Shown here: positions 29,572-38,900 of the stretch, one piece after another | How the letters are laid out: each line of letters opens with the position of its first letter | Position numbering within the stretch: the first letter of the stretch is position 1 | Virus record (IMG/VR): IMGVR_UViG_3300035208_002115 | Direction: 5' to 3' (one strand) | Length of the DNA: 64,000 bases | DNA from: a virus | Lineage: Duplodnaviria; Caudoviricetes | Made by a program: the position numbers and the translations under genes | Notes under the pieces: generated by a model | What the model was told of the DNA's origin: nothing | Databases searched by the model: none | What the model saw: the letters and a program-made list of their open reading frames with translations, nothing else

Positions 29572-29814
29572 TTATATTTTTTTACTAAGAGAACATGTCT
29601 TAATAGAATCTGGTTTTGGTCTATGACCAATTACTACAACTTCATCAAGAAGAATTGTATTATGTAGTACGGGGTATCCGTTTATTGTATCGATTCTATC
29701 AATTGTATCAACTTTATCAAATGAATTTTTCGGGTTTGGTTTTGGTTGAATTTCACGAAATGTTAATAGTAATAATAGTGCAAACACAGAATAAACAATA
29801 ATAGTTTTTTTCAT
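29572..29814 (-). CDS. small exported protein with TonB-box-like LDEVVVIG
   Basis: Signal/TM N-terminus; LLDEVVVIG. Confidence 0.6.
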   Translation of the reverse strand: MKKTIIVYSVFALLLLLTFREIQPKPNPKNSFDKVDTIDRIDTINGYPVLHNTILLDEVVVIGHRPKPDSIKTCSLSKKI

Positions 29815-29920
29815 TGGGGGTTATATGGTTTTTTAATTAAGATTATACATCTTAATGAACCCCATTATACTGTAAATGCTGACTAAAGGTTATGTTTTTA
29901 TTGATAATAATTAATAAAAA

Positions 29921-29947
29921 AAAAAGTCAGAAATTTTCTGACTTTTT
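29921..29947. terminator. intrinsic terminator
   Basis: aaaaagtcagaa-att-ttctgacttttt. Confidence 0.75.
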
Positions 29948-29976
29948 GGTAATTATTTTTACTCGCTCGATTATTT

Positions 29977-30159
29977 TTATTTAATAGAATCGGTTTTAAC
30001 TGAGTCAGCTATAATTGCTGTGGTATCTACTACAAAAGTAGTTGAATCAACAGCAGTGCTGTCTATACCTTCAGTTGTGGCGGTAGTTGAATTGTTACAA
30101 GCTAATGTTAATACTAATACAGTTGTAATAACAGTGATAAAATAAATAATTTTCTTCAT
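29977..30159 (-). CDS. small lipoprotein
   Basis: MKK + hydrophobic segment + LTLA-C lipobox; DST/DTT repeats typical of Bacteroidota lipoproteins. Confidence 0.7.
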   Translation of the reverse strand: MKKIIYFITVITTVLVLTLACNNSTTATTEGIDSTAVDSTTFVVDTTAIIADSVKTDSIK

Positions 30160-30297
30160 AATACTTTATAAATTGTTTTTTAATTTTTAATCCTCTATAT
30201 ATTAAAATTTTTTATGAATTTAATATAAAAAGATTTTGGTAATAAGTCATTATACCCTTTTTATAGCATTTTGTTATATAAATATTGAAATTAAATA

Positions 30298-30325
30298 AAA
30301 CTTTTTTCGTATTTGTATTTATAAG
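30298..30325 (+). promoter_or_regulatory. AAAC-N18-TATAAG motif
   Basis: AAAC 30298-301, TATAAG 30320-325. Confidence 0.6.
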
Positions 30326-30385
30326 TACATGTCATACTATATTTTCTCATTAATATATGTGGCCTAAAAAATAACTGTGTAATGG

Positions 30386-31597
30386 ATGGAAAAATTAAAA
30401 GTTCTCGCAATCAATGTAGATAATGATGGTGTTGGATATCATAGAGTCTTATCACCACATACAATTTTAGACGAAGAAAACATTGATGTTGATATAAGAA
30501 ATCTGGGAGACCACACACTCCCGTTATTAGATGAAAACTTTTTAAAAAATTATAATATTATTTTTTACAACAAAAAAATTCCCTTTTCTGACGAAATAAA
30601 GAAAATCACGTTTAAAAATATATTGAATAAATATAACATTAAACTTGTGTTTGATATCGATGACCATTGGGAATTAAACAGCAGTCACGTTAATTATAAA
30701 AGTTGGATTCAGAATAATGGTAAAGAATCGGTATTAACTGAATTAAGGGGTGCTGATTATGTCACTACTACCACACCAATTTTTGCTGAAGATATTAAAG
30801 AAATAAATCCAAATGTAAAAGTGATACCAAATGCTGTTAATTTAAAAGAATACCAGTGGTTGGATAAAAAAGTACCATCTGATAAAATCAGATTTTTATG
30901 GGGTGGTGGTATTACACATTTGCCAGATTTAAGATTATTACAACCATCTTTTAAGAAATTTGATAAAGAATTCCTTGAAAAATGTCAATTGTATCTATGT
31001 GGTTTTGATTTAAGAATGAGAACTAAGGAAGGGATGGCTAAATCTGACTGGAGAAGTAATCAGTGGACATTCTTTGAAGATATATTCACAAATGATTTAA
31101 AATACATTAAGAATACTGAATATTTTCAATGGTTAAGAAAATATGAAGATGGTGGTAAGGATAATTATGGCGCAAGACCAGAATATATTAATGAATTTTA
31201 TCAAAGACGTTGGACTAAACCTATTTTACTTTATGGTACTCAATATAATGAAACTGATGTGGCATTAGCACCTATTAAATCAGGTGTTAAATTTAATATG
31301 GTAAAGAGTCAGTTGAAAATTATCGAAGCTGGCGCACATAAATGTCCAATAATTGCATCAAATTTTGGTTCATATACTTTGGATGATATTGAAGGAAAAA
31401 TAGACAGTAAACCAAAAGGCTTCTTAATTGATGAGAATGATAAAGACGGATGGTATCAGAAAATGAAATGGTTTTCTCAAAATCCAGAAGCGGTCAGAGA
31501 ATATGGTGACAATTTATATGAATATATTAAATCAAATTATGATTTAAGAGTTGTAAATAAAGAACGTGCGGAGTTTTATAGAAGCATCGTTAGATAA
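30386..31597 (+). CDS. glycosyltransferase (GT-B, GT4-like)
   Basis: GVGYHR, FDIDD, ADYVTTTT, VIPNA, DVALAP...FN..KS.LK.IEAG...PIIAS. Confidence 0.8.
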   Translation: MEKLKVLAINVDNDGVGYHRVLSPHTILDEENIDVDIRNLGDHTLPLLDENFLKNYNIIFYNKKIPFSDEIKKITFKNILNKYNIKLVFDIDDHWELNSSHVNYKSWIQNNGKESVLTELRGADYVTTTTPIFAEDIKEINPNVKVIPNAVNLKEYQWLDKKVPSDKIRFLWGGGITHLPDLRLLQPSFKKFDKEFLEKCQLYLCGFDLRMRTKEGMAKSDWRSNQWTFFEDIFTNDLKYIKNTEYFQWLRKYEDGGKDNYGARPEYINEFYQRRWTKPILLYGTQYNETDVALAPIKSGVKFNMVKSQLKIIEAGAHKCPIIASNFGSYTLDDIEGKIDSKPKGFLIDENDKDGWYQKMKWFSQNPEAVREYGDNLYEYIKSNYDLRVVNKERAEFYRSIVR

Positions 31598-31603
31598 CAA
31601 AAC

Positions 31604-31761
31604 GGTTTTAAATTAATCTCGGAGAAGGAGATGGGGGTGCTGAATGGATGCGAATCCTACTTAAAGGCTTAAAACGGCTACCAATGGTAAATATCGAAGT
31701 CCAATAAATAGCAGACAGTGTGCTGTGTTCATGTGGAATAGAATATCTCTAATTTAAAATC
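31604..31761 (+). ncRNA. candidate ~160-nt structured RNA
   Basis: 12-bp terminal helix 31604-615/31750-761, GGAT-GCGA-ATCC GNRA hairpin, further hairpins, GC-richer than the flanks. Confidence 0.5.
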
Positions 31762-31783
31762 ATTTAAAAAATGATAATATGTT

Positions 31784-32257
31784 TTGGAATTAAAACGTTG
31801 CAAAAATTGTGGTGATGAATTTCCAGCTACGACTGAATATTTTGCCCGAAATAAACTATCAAAAGACGGTTTGTTTTATCATTGTAAAACCTGTCAGAAC
31901 AATAAACGAAATGCAAGTAGAAAAATAAATGGTCGGGTGTGGTATGAGAGAGTGTTAAGTTCTGTACATTATCGAGCAAAAGTTACAAATAAACAGGATG
32001 ATATTGATAAGAATTTTTTAATGGAATTAAAAGAAAAACAAAATGGAATGTGTTATTGGTTTAATATACCGATAGATTTCACTATGAAAAATAAATTAAG
32101 AAGACCAAGTATCGATAGGTTGGATAATTCAAAAGGATACACTAAAGAAAATGTAGTATTAAGTACACAATTTGCTAATCTCGGTAGACAATCGGAGTCG
32201 GCAGTTAATTTTAGGATATTTTTAGAACGATATATAAAAAATAATAGTATAGAATAA
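31784..32257 (+). mobile_element. HNH/His-Me finger homing-endonuclease-like protein next to thyA
   Basis: CKNC...CKTC zinc finger; Q.G.C, SIDRLDNSKGY...NV......N. Confidence 0.7.
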
Positions 32258-33222
32258 TGAAACAATATTTAGATTTAATGATTAAAATAAAAGACGAAGG
32301 GGTTCTTAAACCTAATCGTACAGGTGTTGATACATATGCTCTATTTGGAGAGGCACTTAAATTTAATTTACAAGATGGATTTCCATTATTGACAACAAAA
32401 CGTATTCATTTAAAATCAGTTATACATGAGTTGTTATGGTTTTTAGGTTGTCATATGAAAGATGAACGATATATGAATTTACCAATGACTAATATAAAAT
32501 ATTTAAAGGATAATGGAGTTTCAATTTGGGACGAATGGGCTGACTCTGAAGGAAACCTTGGTAAAGTTTATGGTTATCAATGGACACATTGGGAAAAATT
32601 CATTGAAGTTGAAAATGGTCTTTATAAAAAAGTCTTTATCAATCAAATTGATGAATTAATTAATAAATTAATTAATAAACCAGAAGATAGAAGGATGATG
32701 GTAACGGCTTGGAATCCAGCTCAGTTAGATGAAATGAATCTCCCACCGTGTCATTATGGATTTCAATGTTATAGTTCATTATTGCCTGATAATAAAAGGC
32801 GAGAGTTGTTTAAAAATTGGGTACAAGATAATAATACAGATGATACAGGTATGAGCGTTGATGATGCGATGGAACATTTTAATTTCCCCAAACGAGTATT
32901 ATCATTAGCTTATAATCAAAGAAGTAATGATTATATGTTAGGTAATCCATTTAATTTTGCCTCATACGCATTTTTAACTTATATGTTGGCACATGTAACA
33001 AATCATATCGTGGGTGAGTTAACTACATTCATGGGTGATGTTCACTTATATGTTAATCATTTTGAATATATTAATGAACAATTAACAAGAATACCCAGAC
33101 CTCTACCACAATTAAAAATAAAGAGAAAAGTAGATAGTATATATGACTTTAAATATGAAGATTTTGAAATAGTTGGGTATGACCCGTATCCTAATTGGAA
33201 AAATGTACCTATTGCTGTCTAA
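32257..33222 (+). CDS. thyA: thymidylate synthase
   Basis: RTG, FPLLTTK, ELLWF, LGKVYG.QW, LPPCH, QRS.D...G.PFN..SY, GD.HLY.NH. Confidence 0.97.
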   Translation: MKQYLDLMIKIKDEGVLKPNRTGVDTYALFGEALKFNLQDGFPLLTTKRIHLKSVIHELLWFLGCHMKDERYMNLPMTNIKYLKDNGVSIWDEWADSEGNLGKVYGYQWTHWEKFIEVENGLYKKVFINQIDELINKLINKPEDRRMMVTAWNPAQLDEMNLPPCHYGFQCYSSLLPDNKRRELFKNWVQDNNTDDTGMSVDDAMEHFNFPKRVLSLAYNQRSNDYMLGNPFNFASYAFLTYMLAHVTNHIVGELTTFMGDVHLYVNHFEYINEQLTRIPRPLPQLKIKRKVDSIYDFKYEDFEIVGYDPYPNWKNVPIAV

Positions 33223-33223
33223 T

Positions 33224-33439
33224 ATGGAAAATAATTTAAATATAATACCTTCTGATATATTTAATCAGAATAATGCGGTATCTTTTATAGATTGTTTTCA
33301 ACAATGTACATATCTTACAACTATACCAAGTACATTATTTGACCCAAATCATACTAAAAGATTAGAAAGAAAAGCGAAACTTGATGAAATATTCGGTCAT
33401 AGTTTAAATAAAAAATTAATATATGAAACATCCAAATAA
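33224..33439 (+). CDS. single BspA-type LRR-like unit fused to RxxK tail
   Basis: IPSDIF...SF..CF..C..LTTIP..LF then ERKAKLDEIF; start reassigned. Confidence 0.6.
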   Translation: MENNLNIIPSDIFNQNNAVSFIDCFQQCTYLTTIPSTLFDPNHTKRLERKAKLDEIFGHSLNKKLIYETSK

Positions 33440-33650
33440 ATTAATACATTATTTAGTTAGTGTTGGAAAGATTGTACCAGTCGGTTCACCTAACTATGCC
33501 AGTCAACAGATTACATATCTTACTGAAGATAAAAAATGGGGTGGCAATCTCAATTTAACAAACATTGGTGAAGTTATTTATTATATGACAGATGAAGAAA
33601 TAATGTCGTTTGTTAAATCTATGAGGAAAAAGAAAACATCAACAGAATGA
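33423..33650 (+). CDS. hypothetical protein
   Basis: ORF track. Confidence 0.6.
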   Translation: MKHPNKLIHYLVSVGKIVPVGSPNYASQQITYLTEDKKWGGNLNLTNIGEVIYYMTDEEIMSFVKSMRKKKTSTE

Positions 33651-33880
33651 CATACTCAGAATATATAGTAGAGCATCTTGATAATTCAATTGCATATGCT
33701 GAATATATTACTGAACAATTAAACAAACCATCATCATTAGACCCACACTATAAAGAGAAAAAACTTAGAGAGGTAAGACAAAAAAAGATAAAGGAAATTT
33801 TGGGTGAAGATGCTGATGGTATATTGGTTGAATCTATGAAAGATTCCAATGACATAAAAAAAATTGATATATGGTTTTAA
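33647..33880 (+). CDS. small protein with Y.EYI.E.L repeats and RxxK motif
   Basis: YSEYIVEHL..SIAYAEYITEQL; VRQKKIKEILG. Confidence 0.65.
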   Translation: MTYSEYIVEHLDNSIAYAEYITEQLNKPSSLDPHYKEKKLREVRQKKIKEILGEDADGILVESMKDSNDIKKIDIWF

Positions 33881-33896
33881 TTTAAAATAAAAATAT

Positions 33897-33904
33897 TAAA
33901 TTTG
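33897..33904 (+). promoter_or_regulatory. Bacteroidota -7 element
   Basis: TAAATTTG, intergenic. Confidence 0.4.
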
Positions 33905-33947
33905 GAGTCTAAAAATATTAATCAGTTAAAACTTAAAACTTAAAACC

Positions 33948-34517
33948 ATGTATTTTATAATTTCTTTATTGCTTTGTAGTGTGTTATTTACCGCATCCAC
34001 TATATTAAAAACTTTTACAACTTCGGATGAGTTTGCCACATTCTTTTTAATTCTGCAAATAATATTCGTTGTCGCATTTTTTGTTTTTCTTATTGTGATG
34101 GTGTTTTATAATCTTGATTGGCATAGAGCATATAAAAAAATATACAATAAAATAAATAAAATAAAAAAAGAAATTGTATTAAGTGAAGCAAAATATAAAG
34201 AATTAAGTGAGTATTATAATAAATGTATATCTGATGGATTTCCGACTTTAGAGAAAGATTTGTTTTCGAAAATTGCAGATAACCAACCAAAAGAATTAAT
34301 TGCTTTATTACAAAATTATCCTGAATTACAATCATCTAAGCTGTATTCTGATATGACAACATCTGTGTCACATTTAATTAGCAGCATTTACATTAAAAAG
34401 AATGAATTATATGAAAATCATGAAAAATTAGAAAATATTCACTGTGATGGTTGGATTTTAATCAAACCCAAAAATTATGCTGGATTGTTGACCGAAGAAT
34501 TACATGATAAAAAGTAA
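33948..34517 (+). CDS. membrane protein with coiled coil
   Basis: Two TM segments, YPELQSS. Confidence 0.65.
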   Translation: MYFIISLLLCSVLFTASTILKTFTTSDEFATFFLILQIIFVVAFFVFLIVMVFYNLDWHRAYKKIYNKINKIKKEIVLSEAKYKELSEYYNKCISDGFPTLEKDLFSKIADNQPKELIALLQNYPELQSSKLYSDMTTSVSHLISSIYIKKNELYENHEKLENIHCDGWILIKPKNYAGLLTEELHDKK

Positions 34518-34693
34518 TGGCTAATAAAACTACTATAAAATTAAAAGACCTTAAAAAGGTTTTGGGTGAAATGCCCAAGGACAAGATAGAGTTAAATAAT
34601 AATTCTTGGGGCGATGTTAGGATTCATTACAAAGAAGTAGTAGAAGTTAATTCTATTATGTACCATGTTAATAACTATTTAAATAATGTTTAA
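34517..34693 (+). CDS. small hypothetical protein (58 aa)
   Basis: Hand translation MANKTTIKLK...; TAATG overlap. Confidence 0.55.
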   Translation: MANKTTIKLKDLKKVLGEMPKDKIELNNNSWGDVRIHYKEVVEVNSIMYHVNNYLNNV

Positions 34694-34695
34694 GT

Positions 34696-34962
34696 ATGGA
34701 AGATAAAGACATTTCAAAAATATTTGATTCTATGTATTTTGATACATTTATATATTCTGATTATATGGATAAGATAAAAGATTTTTCTAATTTTGAATTT
34801 TCTAATCCAGATGTCATAGAAAATTTCAATAAAGTCATGTCTAAATTGTTGATTGAACGTAAAGAATATAAAAAACAAGTTGTTTTTTCAGATGAAGAAA
34901 AATTAAGAGCTGAACGCAAACAAAAATTAGAAACAATTTTTGATAAAAAAGAATTAGTTTAA
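34696..34962 (+). CDS. hypothetical protein with RxxK tail
   Basis: LRAERKQKLETIF. Confidence 0.7.
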   Translation: MEDKDISKIFDSMYFDTFIYSDYMDKIKDFSNFEFSNPDVIENFNKVMSKLLIERKEYKKQVVFSDEEKLRAERKQKLETIFDKKELV

Positions 34963-34963
34963 A

Positions 34964-35119
34964 ATGTGTATGGCTGGTTCTACAACGTCTTGGGGTGATT
35001 CTGAAATTGATTTGAATAGTATGGAAAGAATCAAGAGAGAAGAACTTCGTAAAGAACGTAAAAATAAAATTGAAGAAATATTTGATATAAAGAAAAAAAA
35101 TCTTCTAAAAGATAAATAG
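34964..35119 (+). CDS. 51-aa microprotein, mostly RxxK tail
   Basis: MCMAGSTTSW...REELRKERKNKIEEIFDIKK. Confidence 0.65.
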   Translation: MCMAGSTTSWGDSEIDLNSMERIKREELRKERKNKIEEIFDIKKKNLLKDK

Positions 35120-35257
35120 ATGGGTTGTGCGAGTTATAGTCAAATTAATTTTAGAACCGAAGCTGAAAATGAGGCTATACGTAGAGAGAATCTTCGTAAA
35201 GAACGAAAAGCTAAAATTGAATATATTTTTGAGTTGAAAAAAGGAAAAAAATTATAA
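35120..35257 (+). CDS. 45-aa microprotein, mostly RxxK tail
   Basis: MGCASYSQ...RENLRKERKAKIEYIFELKK. Confidence 0.65.
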   Translation: MGCASYSQINFRTEAENEAIRRENLRKERKAKIEYIFELKKGKKL

Positions 35258-35267
35258 TTATAAAAAT

Positions 35268-35296
35268 AAAAAGAGAGCTGAATTAGCTCTCTTTTT
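35268..35296. terminator. bidirectional intrinsic terminator
   Basis: aaaagagagct-gaatt-agctctctttt between convergent genes. Confidence 0.8.
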
Positions 35297-35684
35297 ATTT
35301 TTTATTCTCTTTTTTATTCTCAAAATCATGAATCATCTCAATGATTTTATATTTTAATTCTTCTTTTCGGACGGGTTTTCTCAATACACCATCTATCTGT
35401 TTATCTTTTGATAAATCAACAATATCATAAGAGGTAACAGCTAAAATGGGTACATTCGGTGTCATATTTTTAATAGTGTTGGCTGCTTCTAACCCATTCA
35501 TAACAGGCATCATAATATCAGTTAAGATTATATCATAATGATTTCTAAAAGCTTTTGTGACAGCTTCAGAGCCATTCATAGCAATATCAACTTCAAATTT
35601 TTTATCCACTAACATAGCTTTGACCATTGTGATTACATTTAGGTCGTCTTCTACATATAATATTTTATAAATTCTTTCTTCCAT
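35295..35684 (-). CDS. single-domain response regulator (CheY-like receiver)
   Basis: ILYVEDD, A.NG.EA, DIILTDIMMPVMNG, PILAVT, KP. Confidence 0.9.
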   Translation of the reverse strand: MEERIYKILYVEDDLNVITMVKAMLVDKKFEVDIAMNGSEAVTKAFRNHYDIILTDIMMPVMNGLEAANTIKNMTPNVPILAVTSYDIVDLSKDKQIDGVLRKPVRKEELKYKIIEMIHDFENKKENKK

Positions 35685-35691
35685 GACTATT

Positions 35692-36219
35692 TTAATAAAT
35701 TTTTATCAATTCTAAATCTTTAACGGCATCATAATCATCTATTTTATCAACTTTTACGTGAAAATCCACATTAGGGTTTTTCTTTTTTATATCTAAAAAT
35801 GTTTTTGAATTTAAAAATTCCTTTTCAACATCGTCTTTAGATAATTCACTTCTTGTTTTCATAGATAATATAACCCCCTTATCTGGTGCAGTTTTCCTAT
35901 TTAAATCTCGAATAATAATCCTATATAAACTTGTTGTAGGATTATATTTTTCAAATTTTTCAACCTTTTTTTTGTTTAACATATTCATAAAAGAATCCTG
36001 TAAGTCGGATATTCTTATTTCTAAATCAATATTAGGATTGTCTTTCTTAATTCTTAGAAATTCATGAGATTTTTTAAAATCTGTTTCTACTGAATATTTA
36101 TCATTTTTTCCAGTTACAGTGGTAGTTGTAATAGTATTAATTGGTTCATTTTTGTCATAAACCTCAATTCTATATAATTTATCATTCATAAGATATTCAA
36201 ATGTTTTTAAGTATTTCAT
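35692..36219 (-). CDS. CTS-tagged protein with an internal two-domain repeat
   Basis: MKYLKTFE...LYRI...F..S..FL.IKK.NP repeated after internal KVEKFEKY. Confidence 0.7.
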   Translation of the reverse strand: MKYLKTFEYLMNDKLYRIEVYDKNEPINTITTTTVTGKNDKYSVETDFKKSHEFLRIKKDNPNIDLEIRISDLQDSFMNMLNKKKVEKFEKYNPTTSLYRIIIRDLNRKTAPDKGVILSMKTRSELSKDDVEKEFLNSKTFLDIKKKNPNVDFHVKVDKIDDYDAVKDLELIKIY

Positions 36220-36322
36220 AGTAGAGAACCTATTTTTTATTATATATAAAAATTATAATAATGAAATTTTATTCTAAAAAAATCGTATGTGTTAATACGA
36301 GTGAAAAAATAAAGAAATATAT

Positions 36323-36964
36323 ATGAAAGTATCGGTGATAATGGCTTCTTATTTACAATTTTATCAAGGATGTGCAAAAAATTCTGATAAAAAATTTTTA
36401 CGTGCTGTTAATTCATTTAAAAAACAAACATATACAGATTGTGAATTAATTATAATTAGTGATGGTTGCCAGATTACAAATACTTTATATGACCAACACT
36501 TCGCAAACGATAATAATATAAAACTCATAAGAGCAAATAAATATCCTACATATGGTGGGCTTCGTCAGGAAGGTTTACAAGCTGCCACAGGTGATATTAT
36601 TTGTTACTTGGATGCTGATGATGTTTTGGGAAAAACCCACATAGAAACAATTGTAAACCAATTTCCACAGGATACAGATATGGTTTATTATAATGATTAT
36701 TTGGTTATGAGTACTGATTTTAAAAAATTATTCACCAGAGATGTTGAACCAAGATGGGGTTCTATTGGTACAAGTTCTTTTGCCCATAGAAATTTTTATA
36801 CGGATAGATATAAAGATATGACCATTAAACCCACTTGGAAAGCTGGATACGGCCATGATTGGTTCTTTATGTTGAGTCTCGCTGGTAAAGGATTTCAATT
36901 CAGAAAATTGGAAAAAACACCTTCATATCTCGTATGTCACTGGGGTGGACAATCTGATTTTTAA
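36323..36964 (+). CDS. glycosyltransferase family 2
   Basis: VSVIM, S...QTY...ELIIISDG, G....GDIICYLDADD, HDW. Confidence 0.85.
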   Translation: MKVSVIMASYLQFYQGCAKNSDKKFLRAVNSFKKQTYTDCELIIISDGCQITNTLYDQHFANDNNIKLIRANKYPTYGGLRQEGLQAATGDIICYLDADDVLGKTHIETIVNQFPQDTDMVYYNDYLVMSTDFKKLFTRDVEPRWGSIGTSSFAHRNFYTDRYKDMTIKPTWKAGYGHDWFFMLSLAGKGFQFRKLEKTPSYLVCHWGGQSDF

Positions 36965-36979
36965 AAAGTTAAAAGTTAA

Positions 36980-37534
36980 ATGGGGAAAAATATTGAAATA
37001 TGGTTGGATATACAAGATTTTGAAGGTGTATATCAAATAAGTAATTATGGTAGAGTTAAAAGTTTAGAAAGATTAATAATTCAAAAAGACGGAAAAACTA
37101 AATTAATAAAAGAAAATATATTAAAGGGTGGTATAGACAAAGATGGTTATATTATGGTTACTTTATGTCATTCTAACAAACAATATACAAAATATATCCA
37201 TAAATTAGTTGCAAAGCATTTTATAGAAAATGTTGATAATTTTATTCAAGTTAATCATAAAAACGGCAATAAAAAGGATAATATCTATACTAATTTAGAA
37301 TGGTGTGACGCTTCTTATAATATTAGACATGCATTGAGAACTGGGTTATTAATACCATTGAAAGGTGAAGAAAAATGTAATCATATAATCACTGAAAATG
37401 ATGTTATAGAAATAAGAAAAATGTGGAAACATTTAAATATTAAACAGCGTGAAATAGCTAATATTTATAATATAACACCGAAACATGTATGGAAAATAAT
37501 TCATAACCACATTTGGAAACACATAGATATTTAA
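36980..37534 (+). mobile_element. NUMOD4-HNH homing endonuclease
   Basis: EIW.DI..FEG.YQISNYGRVKS; HKLVA..F..VNHKNG.K.DN...NLEW....N..HA. Confidence 0.9.
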
Positions 37535-37535
37535 C

Positions 37536-37877
37536 ATGCCAATAAAAAGTAAAAGTTGTAAGAATAAAGGTAAAAGGTTACAGAATGAAATAGTTAAACT
37601 TATTCTTGACTATTATCCTCAATTGACAACAGATGATGTTAAATCGAATATTGGTAGTGAAAATGGTGTTGATGTTCAGTTATCAACCGCAGCTAAAAAA
37701 TTGTTCCCCTATTCAATAGAAGCCAAAAACCAAGAAACAGCTAAAATATGGGCATGGCTGGAACAGTCCGAGAAGAATTGTCACCCGAACACCGACCCAC
37801 TTTTAATATTCCGAAGAAATAGAAGTAAAACATATGTAACACTAAATATTGAAGACTTTTTTAAATTATTGAAATAA
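37536..37877 (+). CDS. Holliday junction resolvase-like PD-(D/E)XK nuclease
   Basis: K.KG.R.Q, G.DV, PYSIEAKNQE, Q, PLLIFRRNR. Confidence 0.7.
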   Translation: MPIKSKSCKNKGKRLQNEIVKLILDYYPQLTTDDVKSNIGSENGVDVQLSTAAKKLFPYSIEAKNQETAKIWAWLEQSEKNCHPNTDPLLIFRRNRSKTYVTLNIEDFFKLLK

Positions 37878-37902
37878 ATAATATATAAAAATAAAAACTC
37901 TT

Positions 37903-38187
37903 ATGAAATTATTGATGTGTTCAAAATGTAATGATGTTTTTAATTTGGGATATACACTTAAAACTTGTCAATGTGGAGTAACCAAAGGTAAATATTTATC
38001 TGATGATGAATCTAAAAAACATGGTATAGTTGAATATACTGATTCTGGTATCCCACTGGTCATTAAAAATAATTCTTTAGTTCATATTTTAAATGAAAAA
38101 GATGGTGACCAAGATGGTAAAAGTGTTATTTGTTTTGTGGCCTCAAATAAATCAACTTATTTCAGAAAAAATAATAGTATTGAATAA
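37903..38187 (+). CDS. Zn-ribbon hypothetical protein
   Basis: C..C.D...C.CG. Confidence 0.65.
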   Translation: MKLLMCSKCNDVFNLGYTLKTCQCGVTKGKYLSDDESKKHGIVEYTDSGIPLVIKNNSLVHILNEKDGDQDGKSVICFVASNKSTYFRKNNSIE

Positions 38188-38375
38188 AATAATTCGAATA
38201 TTATCGTTATTTTTGTATTTGTAAGGTAAGTTTAAATGTCTAAACTGTGAATAAAACTCTAAATTGTTTGATGAGATAACATCTAAAACTATCAACATAT
38301 TATATATGATAAATAGATTTATGAGAGACATACTCGGACATTTAAATCTTACCTTCTTTATTAAAAATATTTATT

Positions 38376-38891
38376 ATGATACCTATTAGGAGTGGTTTAG
38401 ATTTTTATAGTAATGCTATTAATAATAAAGCATTCTTAGTGCCTGTTAATCTTCCAAGTAAAGTCGTAGTATATTATTCCATATTATTAACATATTGTCC
38501 GTTGAGCGAAAAAAAGAAAACTCAATATACTAAGTTAGACCCTAATAAAAAAGCTGGTTTTTTATTTAAACACCTGTTAAAATGTGCTTATCATGTAAAT
38601 GTACCGAAACCTTTAATTGAAGATTTAATTTCAACAAAAAATAAATATGATTCAATTCAAAAATCCTATAAAAACGAAAACCTTGATAATAATACTTTAT
38701 TAATTGAAAAAATAAAAAAAAGTTCATTAAATGATATGATAGATGATGTTGAAACAATGTTAGAAAAAAGTAATTTAGTGAAATCATTTGAAGAAAAAAT
38801 AGGAGTGATGACCGATTCTATTTATTATAATACATCTCGTGAAAATAAAAGAAAAAAGAAATTAGAAGAAATTTTCGATATAAATAAATAA
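38376..38891 (+). CDS. hypothetical protein with RxxK tail
   Basis: Ends KRKKKLEEIF. Confidence 0.65.
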   Translation: MIPIRSGLDFYSNAINNKAFLVPVNLPSKVVVYYSILLTYCPLSEKKKTQYTKLDPNKKAGFLFKHLLKCAYHVNVPKPLIEDLISTKNKYDSIQKSYKNENLDNNTLLIEKIKKSSLNDMIDDVETMLEKSNLVKSFEEKIGVMTDSIYYNTSRENKRKKKLEEIFDINK

Positions 38892-38900
38892 TAGTTAAAA

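Noticed and set aside
31604-31761. TPP or SAM-I riboswitch, RNase P RNA or hammerhead ribozyme
   Set aside because: Only fragments match (GGGGUGCUG, GAAGUCC); the required conserved elements are missing
38188-38375. Possible gene or ncRNA in the gap before 38376
   Set aside because: Stops in the frames examined and no convincing stems; it contains only a TAnnTTTG match at 38208
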